A DNA stretch of 62,951 nucleotides, filler included, from Phoronis australis (lineage: Eukaryota > Animalia > Phoronida): assembly GCA_002633005.1 (NCBI GenBank). It is 7 parts of 7 records of this genome, joined end to end, with 100 filler letters (N's around TTAATTAATTAA, not from the genome) between each part and the next. Parts side by side here need not be neighbours in the genome. Positions count along the whole stretch, not along the records: positions 8,545 to 32,941 come from NMRA01000164.1; 6 more parts are not named here. One strand, 5' to 3'. The notes beneath the pieces are model-generated. The model was not told the DNA's origin. It was given only the letters and a program-made list of their open reading frames with translations, and did no database searches. The position numbers and the translations under genes are program-made. Below, piece by piece: positions 12,301 through 24,920 of the stretch (position 1 is its first letter; every line of letters starts with the position of its first letter).

Positions 12301-15300
12301 GGCCCTCTTGGAAAGCAGTGCTATCACTGAAGAGGTCACCCTCATTTTAATATTACAATAAATAAAATAAATGGATAAGAGTTTTGTAATTTAACATGAT
12401 TTGTAGTGTTAACGATTTCTTTGAATGAGGTATATGGGACAGTCATTGAGCTGTGAAGTTTATCTCTGATTGTTTATGCTAAAACCCTCATCGCAGTTGT
12501 TTTCCATTTTATTTACCTCATCACCCGATTCTGATGGTCATGCATATCATCAGGATGTGGGTGCATATTCTCTGTCCGGGCGTCCGCGGTTGTATCTCCT
12601 AAACCCCTTGAGAATCTAATTGAAATTCAGCAGGTCTGTTCCTATGTGGCTGACGATAGATGTTTACGAGTTTCGGACTGACTCGAATACTGCTGTGCCC
12701 CCTAGTGGCAATTTTAGTTCTTTTTGTGTTTGCCTCTGTATCTTCAGAGTTCCTTGATGGATTTTTATGAAATTTTGCAAATAGATTCTTAATACAGAGC
12801 CGATGATACCATTCCATTTCCGAACAGATTCGAGGAATTTTTGCGCCACTTAGTGGCCATTTTTGTTATTTTTGTGTCAGTTTTCTGGCATCCACTTCCC
12901 TATCTGCCATACCGCTCAAAAGGATCATTATTAAAATTTACAGATCTGTTGTTGATTAGACGGCCATGACTGAAGTTGACTTTCGGACAAGTCCGACTAC
13001 TGTGTCACCCCCTAGTGGATATTTTTTTGCGTCTACGGCCAAATCTCCTCCCATTGAAGGAGCTTTGTGAAATTTGATAGATGTATTCCTGTGGAGCCGC
13101 CGACAAACAGTAATGAGTGTCAAACTGATCCAAATATAACTGCACCCCCTAGTAGCATAATGTTTTTACATTTACCTCGAATCTGTTTCTTTGGAGTTCG
13201 TGATTGTATTTTCATGAAATTCGCCTAATAAGTTTCTATTAAGCAAACGACAACACTTTCACATTTTCGGACAGATTTGATGTTTTCTGCATCACCTGGT
13301 GGCCATTTAAAAATTTTTACATATGTTTTTGACATCTGCCTCTCTATCTGCCAAACCACCCAAAGGATGATTATGAAAATTGACAGTTGTGTTCCTGATG
13401 CAAAGACCCTGGCTGATGTTGATTTTCGGATGTTTTTCACTATGCTGGTGCTCCTTAGGTGCAATTTTGCTTTTTTGCATCTACGGTTGTATGTCCTTAA
13501 CTCTTTGAAGGATCTTCGGGAAATTTTGGCAGATGGGCTTCAATAGAAATGGCAAGAGATGACGATGAGCTTCAGACGAATCGTACTTAGCTCTGTCCCT
13601 TAGTGTCAATTGTTTTGTACGTTTACCTCTTTATCTTAGGAGTTCCTCGGCTTATTTTCATGAAATTTGGCAAATAGTTGTGTTTCACATAAATGACACC
13701 ACCTTCTCAATTCCTTTGGGTTTGTTGCATTCTGTGCCATCATAGAAACACACTGTTTGCGGTGCTATCATGGGCGCATTTCAGTATTCCACGTTGCTCT
13801 TGTTAACAATATGGTGGCTGTCTTCATTTGTCTGTTTACCAATGCCGTGGTTCCTAATGAAGTTATGTCTAGAGTACTATTCATTGACGAGTTTCGTTTC
13901 GTGTCTAATTTCTTGTAAGTCATTTTTTCCCAGTACTTCGCTGAAGACTTCTTTAGAGGAAAAATATCCTTCATGTCTTATCGACTGAAAAACTTGGAAT
14001 GTAAGGCCATGGCCTTATAGGTGAAATAATGCGTTTTTGGCATGTTTGTAAATCCAACAACGTCAAATATGTGAAATGTAAGGCCGTGAACTTATCGCAC
14101 CAGGCTTTAAGATAAATAAGACAAGAAGGAGTGTTCCCCTAAATGCTGATTTATATATTCGTTAAAATTTCAACCATTTCTGATAAAAATAATTACCGAC
14201 ATTGTCCTCCATCATTTTCAAATGTTTCTACCATAGTTGTGAATACCCGTGATATTTTGAGATAGTGGTTGATGGCACCTTTGGTAAAAATTTGAAAATG
14301 GTTAAGTGCAACCATTTGCTTATGAGAAAAAGTGAGAAAATGATATTTCACTTGTCTGTCATATTGTGTCTTAAATTGGCGAGATGCTTTAATTAACTTT
14401 TAAAAAATGATTTTACAACAGTACTTGACATACATGTGACAACTTGCCCCCTCCCCCCCATCAAGGTAGGGTAGCTTGTTCTAGGCTTATGTGAAGTGTG
14501 GATGCAAACCTGCATACAAGGCGTAAGTAATTACCAACTGTACACTTGCTCAGTTACACACATAGGGATGTCTTGATATTTTGCTCAATATTTTGTTGTG
14601 AACAGGTGCAAGTTGTTATAGGGTAACTTGTAGTGTGGATATTAATCATTTTATTTTTCTTAAAAACTGACATTTTTCATAGTTGATGTAGCTGTTATTG
14701 CAAAATTGATGATAATACAGTACAAACCAAAAGTATTCAAACAAACGACTCGAAATCATCCCATCGTGATGGCGCGGCACAAGCCAACTTCATCATCATA
14801 GTAGTCTTGCCTTGTGACTGAGAACGATAGGGAATTAACAGAAAAGTTAGAACAGTGACTAAGGCATTTTGTAATTTGAAATTTGACGCACTATTCAGTG
14901 GCGGATCTAGGATATCACAAAGGGGGCCCAACATTTTGTCTGTAACCATTTGCGCATAGCACCGAATGGGGGGAGGTCGGGAGGGGGGTTTGTCCCCCTC
15001 CCACCAGGAAAGTTTTTCTGTTTTTTCCTCTAAAAATCAAGCATTTCCCTTGATTCCTGAAGTATTATCAAAGAAAAAAGGCAAAGGCAAAAAAAACACG
15101 GAGATTGTGTCAAACTTGAAAAACTGCAATTATGAGACTCGAACCCAGGACCTGGCGAATAGAACGCGCATGCTTTACCACTACATCACCACGACTTCAC
15201 TAGCGCATAAGTTTTAAGAGACCTACTTGTTTATGGTCCACAACGTTTGCGCGCGAAACCTACTACATTTTTGTAATATTTAGTACACTTTTTATATTTT

Positions 15301-17616
15301 GTGCAATCAGTCCGTAACAAATTCGTTGTATTTAAAATAGTCTTCAATTGCCAAATAGACCAAATCTGATTTTTGGCGCGATTGCCTTTGGAAATTGTCT
15401 TAAGTTAAGGTTTGACAAAGAGAGAATTATGAGTTTCTGAGTGATTCACTAAGGTTTCGATTAAAATTCACATCTTACCAGCAGCTTCTGTTTTTTTATC
15501 GTCACTCAGATTCCATTTTCATTAAAAATGAAGTAATTTTCTTCATTGCACAGTGAAGCGGAGTCGTAGTGCGCAGCGCCAATGCCTGTCGTCTGAGATA
15601 TTGCGGGACAGCCTATACTTAGCCATAGTTCTGTTACGATTGCGCCGTGTTCCGAATTTGACACTTGAAATTGGATCTGAGCCCCACCCCCCCCCCCCCT
15701 AAACACACTAAAACTGCACGTATTTAAATCTTGTTTCAGCCGTATAATGTTAATTACCGAGGTTAATTAATAAACTCAACACTTCCCTACACTCTTGCTG
15801 TTTTATTTTTTGCGGCAGCCAAGGGGGGGCGGGCCCCCTGGACCCCCCCCCCTAAATCCGCCTATGCGCTATTAGTTGTCACTGGTAATTTCCCTCTTAA
15901 CAGACTTCGCCGTCATGACAGGGGAGATGGTATCGTATTTTGTCTGATTATCTTTGTTTTGTATTGTATGTTGTTGAAATATATTGTTTATTTGACCCCT
16001 TGGAGGTGGTTGTTAAGCTTGTTTGAGGTTTGGGTATTCAAAGCATTTCGTGGATATTTTGTCAGATTTTGCTCAAAGTTTGCACAGTAATGAGGGACCT
16101 GTAGCTGAAGACATGATGTGTTTTGAGCCAATTCTGAACTGTTCAGCTTGGGGAATGGGTAGATGCTATTTTGGGGTGCCAGCTAACTGTCCTGCCTCAA
16201 ATCAACGGAAAATTTTCAAGGGAGCCTCTAGAATGCATAAGATGATACCAATTTGTTGGTCCCATGGAAAGCTTTATCAGCCATTACCACCACACAGGTT
16301 TTAAATCCAGGCAAGTATAATTCAAATGACTTGCCCGTCTCTTTAGATGGTGCTTCGGCCTGACCACACAGAAGAAACTCGCCAGATCACAAGGCGGTCA
16401 TCACATGATGTCGCTGAGGCCATTACAAATTTCAAGGTATTGGACTCCAGGGACAACGGTGCCCTTGTCGAACTACATCCACTCACTGGTGAGTGTTTTT
16501 TAAGACGAAAGCCAATTTCTTGTAAATTATAAATCCATTAGTTCTAGACGTATTTCAGCATCAATGAGTGTTCCCATAGCCTTTGTTGACGATGCGTGCA
16601 GCAATTGTGACATGAACCATACAGATTAAAAATCACTTTGAATTCAATGATTTTGTTCTACAGCGATTCATTTATTGCATACACTCAGTGGAAGTGAAGG
16701 CAGAAACAAGGTGCAAAGAAAATATTTGTTTTGATATATTTCTCATAAACTTCTCGATATGTTTTTGTAATATTGAGCTGTTTGACATGATTATAGTCGA
16801 ACCAAGTTACAACGAATTGTCCCAGGATGTTTCTAGAATGTCCATTGTAACTGAAATTCTCTGTAATCAAATCAACTTGTATACAGTACGTTTGGCTTGG
16901 GACTCGCACAATGGAAAATTATAGGCTCATAAACGCTACAAACCAACACGGTTTGACTGTAGGAGTTTTGAGGAATTGCTGGTGGATTTTTAATGTCCGT
17001 TAGTGCTATAGACAGGAGGCTTGTTTCTCAAAAAGCGTTTATCCAAAAGTTGGATTTTTTGTCTTTTGGGTGTGGTTTTTAGCATGCTCCTGAGTAGGCT
17101 GTGTATGTCTGTCTTGTGGCTTCAAGTTTTAGACAGATTTTCTGACTTTTAGCCTTGGCCTGAGTTTGAGACCGGCTAAGTGATCCGTAGACAGATTGTT
17201 GGCTAGAAGACAGTAGACTAATTCAGCAACCAGAGCTGTCTGAAACCAATAGGATTTCTGAGGCAGTATTCCCTACATGATGTCAAGTTTTACAATTCTG
17301 TTGAAAGTTTGGCACATTTTTTTCATCAGGTGTTAAGCATCAGCTGCGATGTCACATGGCATTTGCCATGAACACACCGATTTTGGGCGATCACAAGTAC
17401 TCGCATTATGGGAAGATTGCACCACAGCGCCTCCACCCTGACATGCTCATGAGACTTGGTATCCGTCAGAGTAAGGCACGGCACGTGCCCATGCATTTGC
17501 ATGCCAAGACAATTGTGCTACCTGAATTTAGAGAAGGCAGGAATCTCTTCATATCGGCCAACCTACCTAAACATTTCAAGATGAACATGAAAAGGTTGAA
17601 GCTGACTGCATCATGA
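9364..17616 (+). CDS. RPUSD4: Mitochondrial RNA pseudouridine synthase RPUSD4-like (RluA family), 5' exon(s) missing
   Basis: Exons 9364-9522, 10067-10111, 10566-10704, 11061-11211, 16347-16488 and 17330-17616 are all GT-AG and phase-consistent. Motifs: INKPYGLACHGGPG, catalytic VHRLDHETTG, K.YWAITKGVP, LTGVKHQLRCH, PILGDHKYS, MHLHAK. Stop TGA at 17614-17616. Confidence 0.92.
10920..11015 (-). mobile_element. Decayed tRNA-derived SINE 5' fragment
   Basis: The reverse strand has a B-box-like ggtcgtggttcgtg followed by gggtcacac..gaccttaa. Highly degenerate. Confidence 0.35.
11812..12056. mobile_element. ~245-bp MITE with ~35-bp imperfect TIRs enclosing a tRNA-like segment (minus strand, ~11897-11971)
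   Basis: Left end gatcacgaacatttgtaagtctggtctgcaggccac; right end gtggcatgcagaccagacttaaaaatttgtgtga. The interior (reverse complement) has A-box tggctcagtg and B-box gagttcgagttcc. A related copy lies at 47730-47897. Confidence 0.7.
12150..12371 (+). mobile_element. CR1/L2-type LINE 3' terminus
   Basis: The stem-loop region gagggccctcttggaaagcagtg...accctc followed by an AATAA-type tail resembles the LINE tail at 42955-43032 (minus). Confidence 0.5.
12510..13804 (+). mobile_element. Helentron/HINE-like element, most complete copy, in RPUSD4 intron; seven ~150-bp units
   Basis: The motif recurs at 12695, 12843, 13004, 13142, 13289, 13449 and 13595. There is a 5' tgtccgggcgtccg remnant, and the 3' end (13771-13804) is shared with the other copies. 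Confidence 0.7.
14896..15866. mobile_element. ~970-bp non-autonomous DNA transposon (MITE; hAT/P-like TIR) in RPUSD4 intron
   Basis: TIRs CAGTGGCGGATCTAGG / CCTAAATCCGCCTATG. The flanks cactatt/cgctatt resemble a 7-bp TSD with one mismatch. A highly similar copy lies at 41209-42157. Confidence 0.88.
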
Positions 17617-20269
17617 GGTGGCAGGGGTAGGTTAACTGATACCAGTGATTTGCAGTGCATGTTTAGTTGTTAGTTGGTGCAGCTTAAAATTAGAAGAACA
17701 CTTTGTATCTGGTGTGCCGATCACAAACATTGAAGCCGTGAGTCTCAGAGATGACTCATTTAGACTCTCCAGTCAGTGTGGCAAAGGACTCTATAGAGTA
17801 TAGACTTATTTACCAATATTTCCATATTATATGTAGTTATTATCTCTTCAGCAAGCAATATGTGTTGTACAAATCATTGCGTTACTACCTACACAACAGT
17901 ACCCTGTTTTGTGCTATTAAGAGATACTAAAATTCGTATGAAATAACTCCGTTAAAGAGTTTCATCCCAGAACACGACTGAAAATATGGGTTTTCAAAGG
18001 TGGCGCTGCGGGGAGATCTTATATCACTTTGAACCAAAACGATTCCTGTTAGTCACATCGCCCCTCGTAGTTTTGAGCAAAATTTGAAAACTCCTTGCAT
18101 ACTGTTAAATCTGCACGCATGAGGTGAATTGACGGGTTTGTGGAAAAACCACAATACAAGAGAAAGGTAATTAGACAAAATAGCGTTTCCTGTCGGGAGG
18201 TCTATCCCTGTTAAAAGGCAAAAATGACCGATTACGGTAGCACAATTGTAATAATTGCAGAATGGCGTAGCCACCTTGCTGGTTAATTGTCCCTTCATTC
18301 TCCGTCAGTAGGGAAGGCTATGCTGATGATAAATTCAGCTTCCACCCAGCCAATATGACGGAGAATTCCGAGTCATTTTGACTGAATACTTATAGAGTGT
18401 ACTGTATGTGCTACAGTGAGGAAGTGTTTTCAAAATACTTTTGACCTGTTTAGCCAGCTAAAATGAAAGTCGAAGAAGACCTTTTACTCTCATTAACCAG
18501 GTCTCATAATATTCCTTACCATGATAGGAATCTATTTCTGTGTAACCAACAAGAACACTGAAACCATCAGCGACTCGAGGAGACACTTCATAGCTTATTG
18601 GGGTTGGCCAGCCCTGAAATTGCAAATTCAAAAATGACTCATGTGCCAACGCATCGCCTGTGACTTGAGTATGTAATGGAAATGGAATCCTATTACGGAA
18701 AGAGTGTTATGAGACTGATTTTATGAGAGTAAAAGGTCCGGCTGAACAGGGCGAGTTGCAGCTTTAGTTAATGAATGGTTTTATCTCTTAAAGGAGATAT
18801 GGATTGTGCAGTTATAGCAGAACAGAACCAGTTTTGAGTTAAGTCACTGACATAGGGTTTACTTAGTAAATACTCCATTATTTTTAACTTCATATAGCTG
18901 TTGTCAGACAATGTTTTGATAAATTGTCCGCATTCTCAACAGTCTTAGTAGCGTTTGAAAAATGAAAAAAGATCATTTTCAGTGGTTATGTTTGTCCGAA
19001 GTTGGTGAGATTTTGCCATGCCAATGCAAATTACGTTATGACATGTTTTACAGTACTTTTCTCATCTGTCCCTAATTCGCTGAAAGCACCACTACGTGTG
19101 AATATGGGTGTCTAGAAAGGCAAAATCTAATCTCTTCATCCCGCATGTATTACTTATTGCAACTTGGTTCTAATCATTATCATAAGGTGGCAAAATAAAT
19201 GTACCTTACAAAATGAGATAATCTATATTTATTAGAGACTGAGCTGAAGTCTTTGTTAAAATGTCCTGTATTAATAGTCATGAACAAACTGTTTAGTCCA
19301 TAATTTTGATGGAAAAAAATATAGTTTATGCAAACAGCATGGAAAAGTCTTGGCAAACTAAATGTGAAAACATTATTTATACATTAGTAAAGAAATTGTA
19401 GTTTACATGAAGACTGTGTTCACTAGTACCATGTGGCTGTCACTCATAGCTTCCCACATACCACTTTGTTATACCAGTTGTGATTCCCCCATGTTTATGC
19501 AATTCACTGTTAATTTAAATTTTAGTTCATGATTACATGGCCCAGTCTTAGAAAGCAGCCACCATCTCCGATTACTCCATACATTGACAATGAATTGCTG
19601 CTGGCACTTATCAAGATGTGCAATGAAATTAACAGATTTGTGAGACATTGAATGCATTCAAAGTTTGTACTTGTAATAAATTAATTTTGTAAATCTGAAC
19701 AATTTTATGCAATTACAGACAGGTGACAAACTTGTCCAAAATCTCTCAATACAGTAATTCTGTCCTTTCTTAGCACACTCACCTCATTTTGCATACCAAA
19801 ACTTATTTTGAAAAATATCTTGTACCTCACTCATTTCGCACGCGACTATTTGGTGTGATTTTCTTGCCTCACCAATTCGCACAGTCAGTTTTGAACTGAA
19901 AATGTCAACAGCCCCATCATTAATTCCAGTAATACACACCTTTTTGTGTATTCACCACTTAATGCATCAACATATATGGGTATCTCATGCTGCTGATGAC
20001 GTGGTGAAATGGCTGACCTGGAAGATGTGTTGCTGAAGTGCCCTCCACATGAACGCTGTAGATAGCATGTGCTTCTTCCCCATAGCTACTTACAGGGGCC
20101 CTGCATTTCAAGAACTAGTTTTCTCGAGTGAGTAAACAGGCGTCAAACTGGTTTCCAAAATCTGGGACCCTTGTGACTACCAGTTCCCTGGAATGACACA
20201 TCTGCATTTCAAGGTTTAACAAAGTTTATTCTCGTTAATTATTTTATGTTGTAACTTATGTTGCATTAA

Positions 20270-20690
20270 TTATGTTGTTTAAGATTATTTAGGACCTTAT
20301 TGACAAATTTATGTATTTAGCCAAATCTGTACAAAACTAGGTTTTAATTCAGTAATAGTATATATATTTTGTGAGAGTAGAAACCCTGTAGAATTTGAAT
20401 TTTGATTTTTTACCAATCGTGTGACCATGTCTTGTCTTGAGGATAAGATCTCAAAAATGCTGTCAAAGTTTTGTGAAATTACATTTTCTGGAACTTTTTA
20501 ATGGCAATCATAAATGTCCCATATTTGATAGTCCCCCATGCATAAGTGAAACCTTTTAAAAACAACTTCTAACAGTGTTTTGAAGGACAGTACATAAAGC
20601 ATAGTGTCTGAAATTTTCATGCGAATCCAATCAGCCACTTCTGAGATATGAAAATAGCCAAGTTTGGACATTTTTCTAGGGTCCTACATG
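20270..20690 (+). repeat. Dispersed repeat family (related copies ~23960-24430 and ~27510-27870)
   Basis: Shared blocks occur in the same order in three places: accttattgacaa, aaactatagattttaactc, gtgaccatgtc, tttgatag.ccc, ggacatttttctagg. Confidence 0.7.
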
Positions 20691-22446
20691 ACTTTAAATT
20701 GATTTGTCATGTTAATCCCAAGGTCCCAAACTGTTCAAAGGTGACAATTGAAAGTCATCAAAATGATCCTATATCTTTCTGTTCCTATTTAACTCACCAA
20801 AAATATCATTTTACTGATCACAATTTGTAACTTACATCTTGGAAGTATTAAACAAGATACCATAGCCCTTTTGAGCTTCAGTCAATGTAGCAGTTGTACA
20901 CAGAAGAGCAGTTCCATAATCAGTGTGTGAAAATCAAACACAGGTCACAGGGCTTGGAATTTCCCTCTTTTAAAAGGATTTCCTTTTTTGGTTTCAATTT
21001 GCTCTTATTTGATTTCCTCTTTTTTGTCATTATTTTGACTTTATTCATGCAAAAACGTTTTTATAAGTTAAATTTTACACAGCGCAAAAAACATTTCTAT
21101 CACACAAGCTCAAATCCAATGAGCTCCACAGAGCACTTTGTAAACATGCTTTTTGAAAATTTGGTTAAAATCCCCCAACACACGGAGGAGCTGCAAACTG
21201 AAGACTACTTCAAAACACTTCAAGCATAACCAAGGCTGTGGTAACGGCTGAATAGTGAATTATGTAATTTCTATTGTGGTTAACTGTTGTGCAGCATGAC
21301 TCATTGTTGACTCGCTATCAAATTTTCTTTACAACAAGTTTTGTTAACACAATGCTCCATTTGTTTTTAATGGCCTTAATGAATAAACGCTCTAATTGGC
21401 GGCAGGCTGGTCTGGCTTCAGATGTTAGTTGATGTAAAAGATTACCCAGGCTGTGAGGAAAGCACAAAAGTCAATATTGCAGCCTTTGTATTCAAATCAC
21501 ATAACAAGAATATATACAGTACACCTATCCAGTATTTCGTCTCTCTTTAAACATCTTCAGGGAAGATTCATAGACCATTTATCTATTAGTAAGATCCTTA
21601 AATACAAATGAAACGTCATGTTATTCAAATCTTTGCCACCTGAGAACATACATGCATGAATTATTTCCATGCTTCTAACCATGGGTTTAATTATGACCAA
21701 TGATGTTGAACTTTTTTCGTTTATCAAATAGTGCATTCTCATCCCACGGATACCTGGGTCAAGGCACATGTTTGCATGAAACAGTCCCAAATAGGGACTC
21801 AACCAAGTTCCTTAAATCTACTGCGAAATTTTGGACTTGTGAAGACATTGACTATGCTGTTCGATTCTCATTACTAAGTCAATTTTTGGCTTTGATGCAG
21901 CTCGAAAATGAACTCGTGTTAAATTCTCAATATCATTGAAAATAAGTATGGTAGGGATATTTTCATGAAATGCCCCTAACTATTTTAACTGAATTAAGAG
22001 CTCAGTTTTTGTAATATTATTAGAAAATGTCATTAGTGAAAGAGGAGCTAGCAATAAAGATAAAATAGTAGAAAAATGTTACAGATGTGACTAATAAAGA
22101 ATGAAACACAAAGGATTTAGGGAACTCAGTTGAGTCCCTTTTGGGACTGTTTCTTGCAAGAATATTAATTAAAAAGTGTTTTACAACTATCACAAGTAAA
22201 ATGTACCAGTGACCTAGATTATCAAGAGAGTTAACTCATAGCATGTCTCTTCTGTTATGTGGTTAGTACACTAGTTGACTTGCGTTACGTTAACAGAACA
22301 TGTTCTGCTAGCAATGGATTTTTATTAACAAGAACAGCAAAGTACAACAACTAATAATCTTACGAAATGTTCCCCAGGCAGTTTAAATGTTCCATTCATA
22401 TGCCATTCACACAGGTAGCTATTTATTGAAAAACGTGCAAGAATCT

Positions 22447-22995
22447 ACAAGAGCAACGCGGAGCATTGAAATGTAGCCACGACTCACACTGCAAACAGTG
22501 TGCTTCTAGGGATGTTGCAAGGGCTTTAGGAGCTACAGCTGCAGATACGAAAAAATGTCACTAGGGGGCACTAGAGTAGTTGGACCTGTTTGAAAATCCA
22601 CGTCAGTCATGGTACTAGGAGGTGCCACAGTAGTCCGAGTCATCTAAAAATCATCAGCCGTCCTTTTCACAGTAGAAACATAACAGTCAATTTTCAAAAT
22701 CATCCTTAGCGTGGTTCGGTTGATAGAGGGGCGGACGCCAAAAACAGACAAGAAAACCGTAAAAATGGCCACTAGATGGCGCAAAATATGTTGAATCCAT
22801 CTGAAAACAAGAACATGTCATTGTTTCATTAACAGAAAGCTATACCAGTATACCAAATTTCATAAAAATCCGTCAAGGAACTTTAGAGAAACTGAGGAAA
22901 CAAAAAAAATGAAATTGCCACTAGGGGGCACAGCATTCGTCGGATCCGTTCGAAAGTCCGTTGTCAACTTTATATAAATTCACTTGCCAAATTTT
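22447..22995 (-). mobile_element. Helentron/HINE-like element, copy 3 (inverted)
   Basis: Reverse-complement matches to the units and terminus of 1-977 and 12510-13804. Motifs at 22557, 22611, 22767 and 22917. Confidence 0.7.
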
Positions 22996-23001
22996 ATTTG
23001 A

Positions 23002-23228
23002 TAGTGAAATGAACAAATAATAAAAACACTGTGCCTTGTTTTATTAGGGTAACAATGGCATTTAACCACACCCATTTACATAAAAATAGTCTCGTAGAAC
23101 GAGACTTTCACAAGATTGTAATGGTAACTGGTTTTCAAAGGGTTTCCAGCACACCAGAAGACCCGGGTTGTTTGTAAACTAGTACTTTATTTGCATATTT
23201 ACAATTTAATGAGATATAGCATTTTTAA
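23002..23228 (-). repeat. Dispersed repeat beginning TTAA(A)GATGCTAT (Kolobok-like end); copies at 50523-50611 and 58608-58861 (+)
   Basis: ttaa.gatgctatgtctca.taaattgt.aatatgca.atgaagta.tagtttacaaacaaccc is present three times. Confidence 0.72.
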
Positions 23229-24920
23229 GAATTATACCATTCCACACTAGCTGCTGGTAATGTTCAGGTCAAAGTGCATCTTATTTCCAACCCAACACCA
23301 GAAAGCCATAAACCATTGTTAGGCTGTAATCAGCTAGGCTAGACAGGTTTCTGTCAACATGAATATTAGCCACATATTGACATGGGCCAGTCCACATGCA
23401 GAATGCACAAAATAACTTACAAAGCTAGTGGTTTCGCATTTTCAGAAACAGTTTTCTCACCTATTTCTTTGTAAGGTGCGGAGCTTTTGAGTTTTCAGAA
23501 ATAAAGCTTGGTAGTGATATGATACAGTGGACAAGTGAACTTTTATTTTTCACTTATGATAAAAATGAAATTACATTCGCCAAGTATGTTAATCTGTCCA
23601 GAAGTAAGTTTGCTTCTTTGTCTTATTTGTTCGTGTGATACAAGCTACATTTATACCCCAGTCATCATGAAATTTGCATTGAACATTTAACTCAATACAT
23701 CAAGGCCTATTTTTTCGTCAAACATTGAAACAAGAGGGAGCTGTGATGACCATTTTTCAAATTTTTGTTTTGCACAGCTCTAGCTCAGCAGTGCCTTGAG
23801 GGATTGTTTTGAAATCTGGTATGTAAATAGATTTGTCAAGTGGTATCAGGAATGTCAGCTGTTTTCATACACCTTATTGATCTCAAATTATTTGAGATTT
23901 TCTGAAGACTGTTCTTTTACTCAGCATTCATTCCTTGCTTTCTTGTGTCCACTTACATGTAGCACCTTATTGACAAGTTTGCATATTTGACCAAATATCT
24001 ACAAAACTATAGATTTTAACTCAGTGTGTATTTTCTGAGAGTTGATTTTTGACTTTTTACCACTCTGTCATAAACTAGGTCACGTGACCATGTCCTGTCA
24101 AGTAAAATTTAGTAAAAATGTTTAGCAAAACAGCGGTATCATTAACATGATCAAATTTTATTTTATGTAAACGTTCAAGATGGGCTCTCAAAAATGCTGT
24201 TAGTTTTCTAAATTATCATTTGGTTTTCGTAAATTTATGCAATTTTAGATTTTTTTGTAAAAACGGTAGAAGTCCTATATTTGATAGACCCTCCTGCAAA
24301 AGTGGAACATTTTAAAAACAATTCCCAACAGTGCATAAAACATACCTGAATGGAGTTTTGAATGAATCCGAGATGTGACGTTCCAATTTTAGTTAGCCAA
24401 ATTTGGACATTTTTCTAGGTTCCCAAATATCCTTAAGTATTTGTTTCTTTATTAATTTCATAATCATTGCATGAAGACGATGACAATGAGGATGATGATG
24501 ATTGATGATGGTGATGATGTATTATAGTACTCTCTTCTTGCCGTAACCTTCTCTGGTGTGACATTTTGCTTGATGGTGATTTATTATGCAGTTTTGTGTG
24601 ACACCATTGTTTCAGTTGCGAAGCAGTAATTAAAAATAACATGTAATAAATGATAGGTAAATCAAAAAGTAGTACTTCATTTTATAAAAATCAAAAATTT
24701 CATTAAAGTTGCCATAAACTCATCGATCAGCACTTTAAAACAAACATATACGTAATGTAAACTTGTCAGCTTTGAACTCACGCATGGCAAGGAATTACCA
24801 GTACGTAAATAAATTACATTCCTGAGAATTCAAAAATTACTGGTAGTCATTTAACACATTACGGACAGTATTGTTAACTGATACATTACATCGGCAAGGA
24901 ATGAAGACATGATACTAGAA

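Noticed and set aside
24470-24520. His/Ser-rich ORF 24433-24642
   Set aside because: Produced by a degenerate (GAT)n microsatellite downstream of the TMEM64 stop.
17700-24900. Short ORFs between RPUSD4 and TMEM64, and most other 60-150 aa ORFs in the track
   Set aside because: No recognisable motifs or splice-consistent structure. Many overlap repeats or are antisense to real exons.
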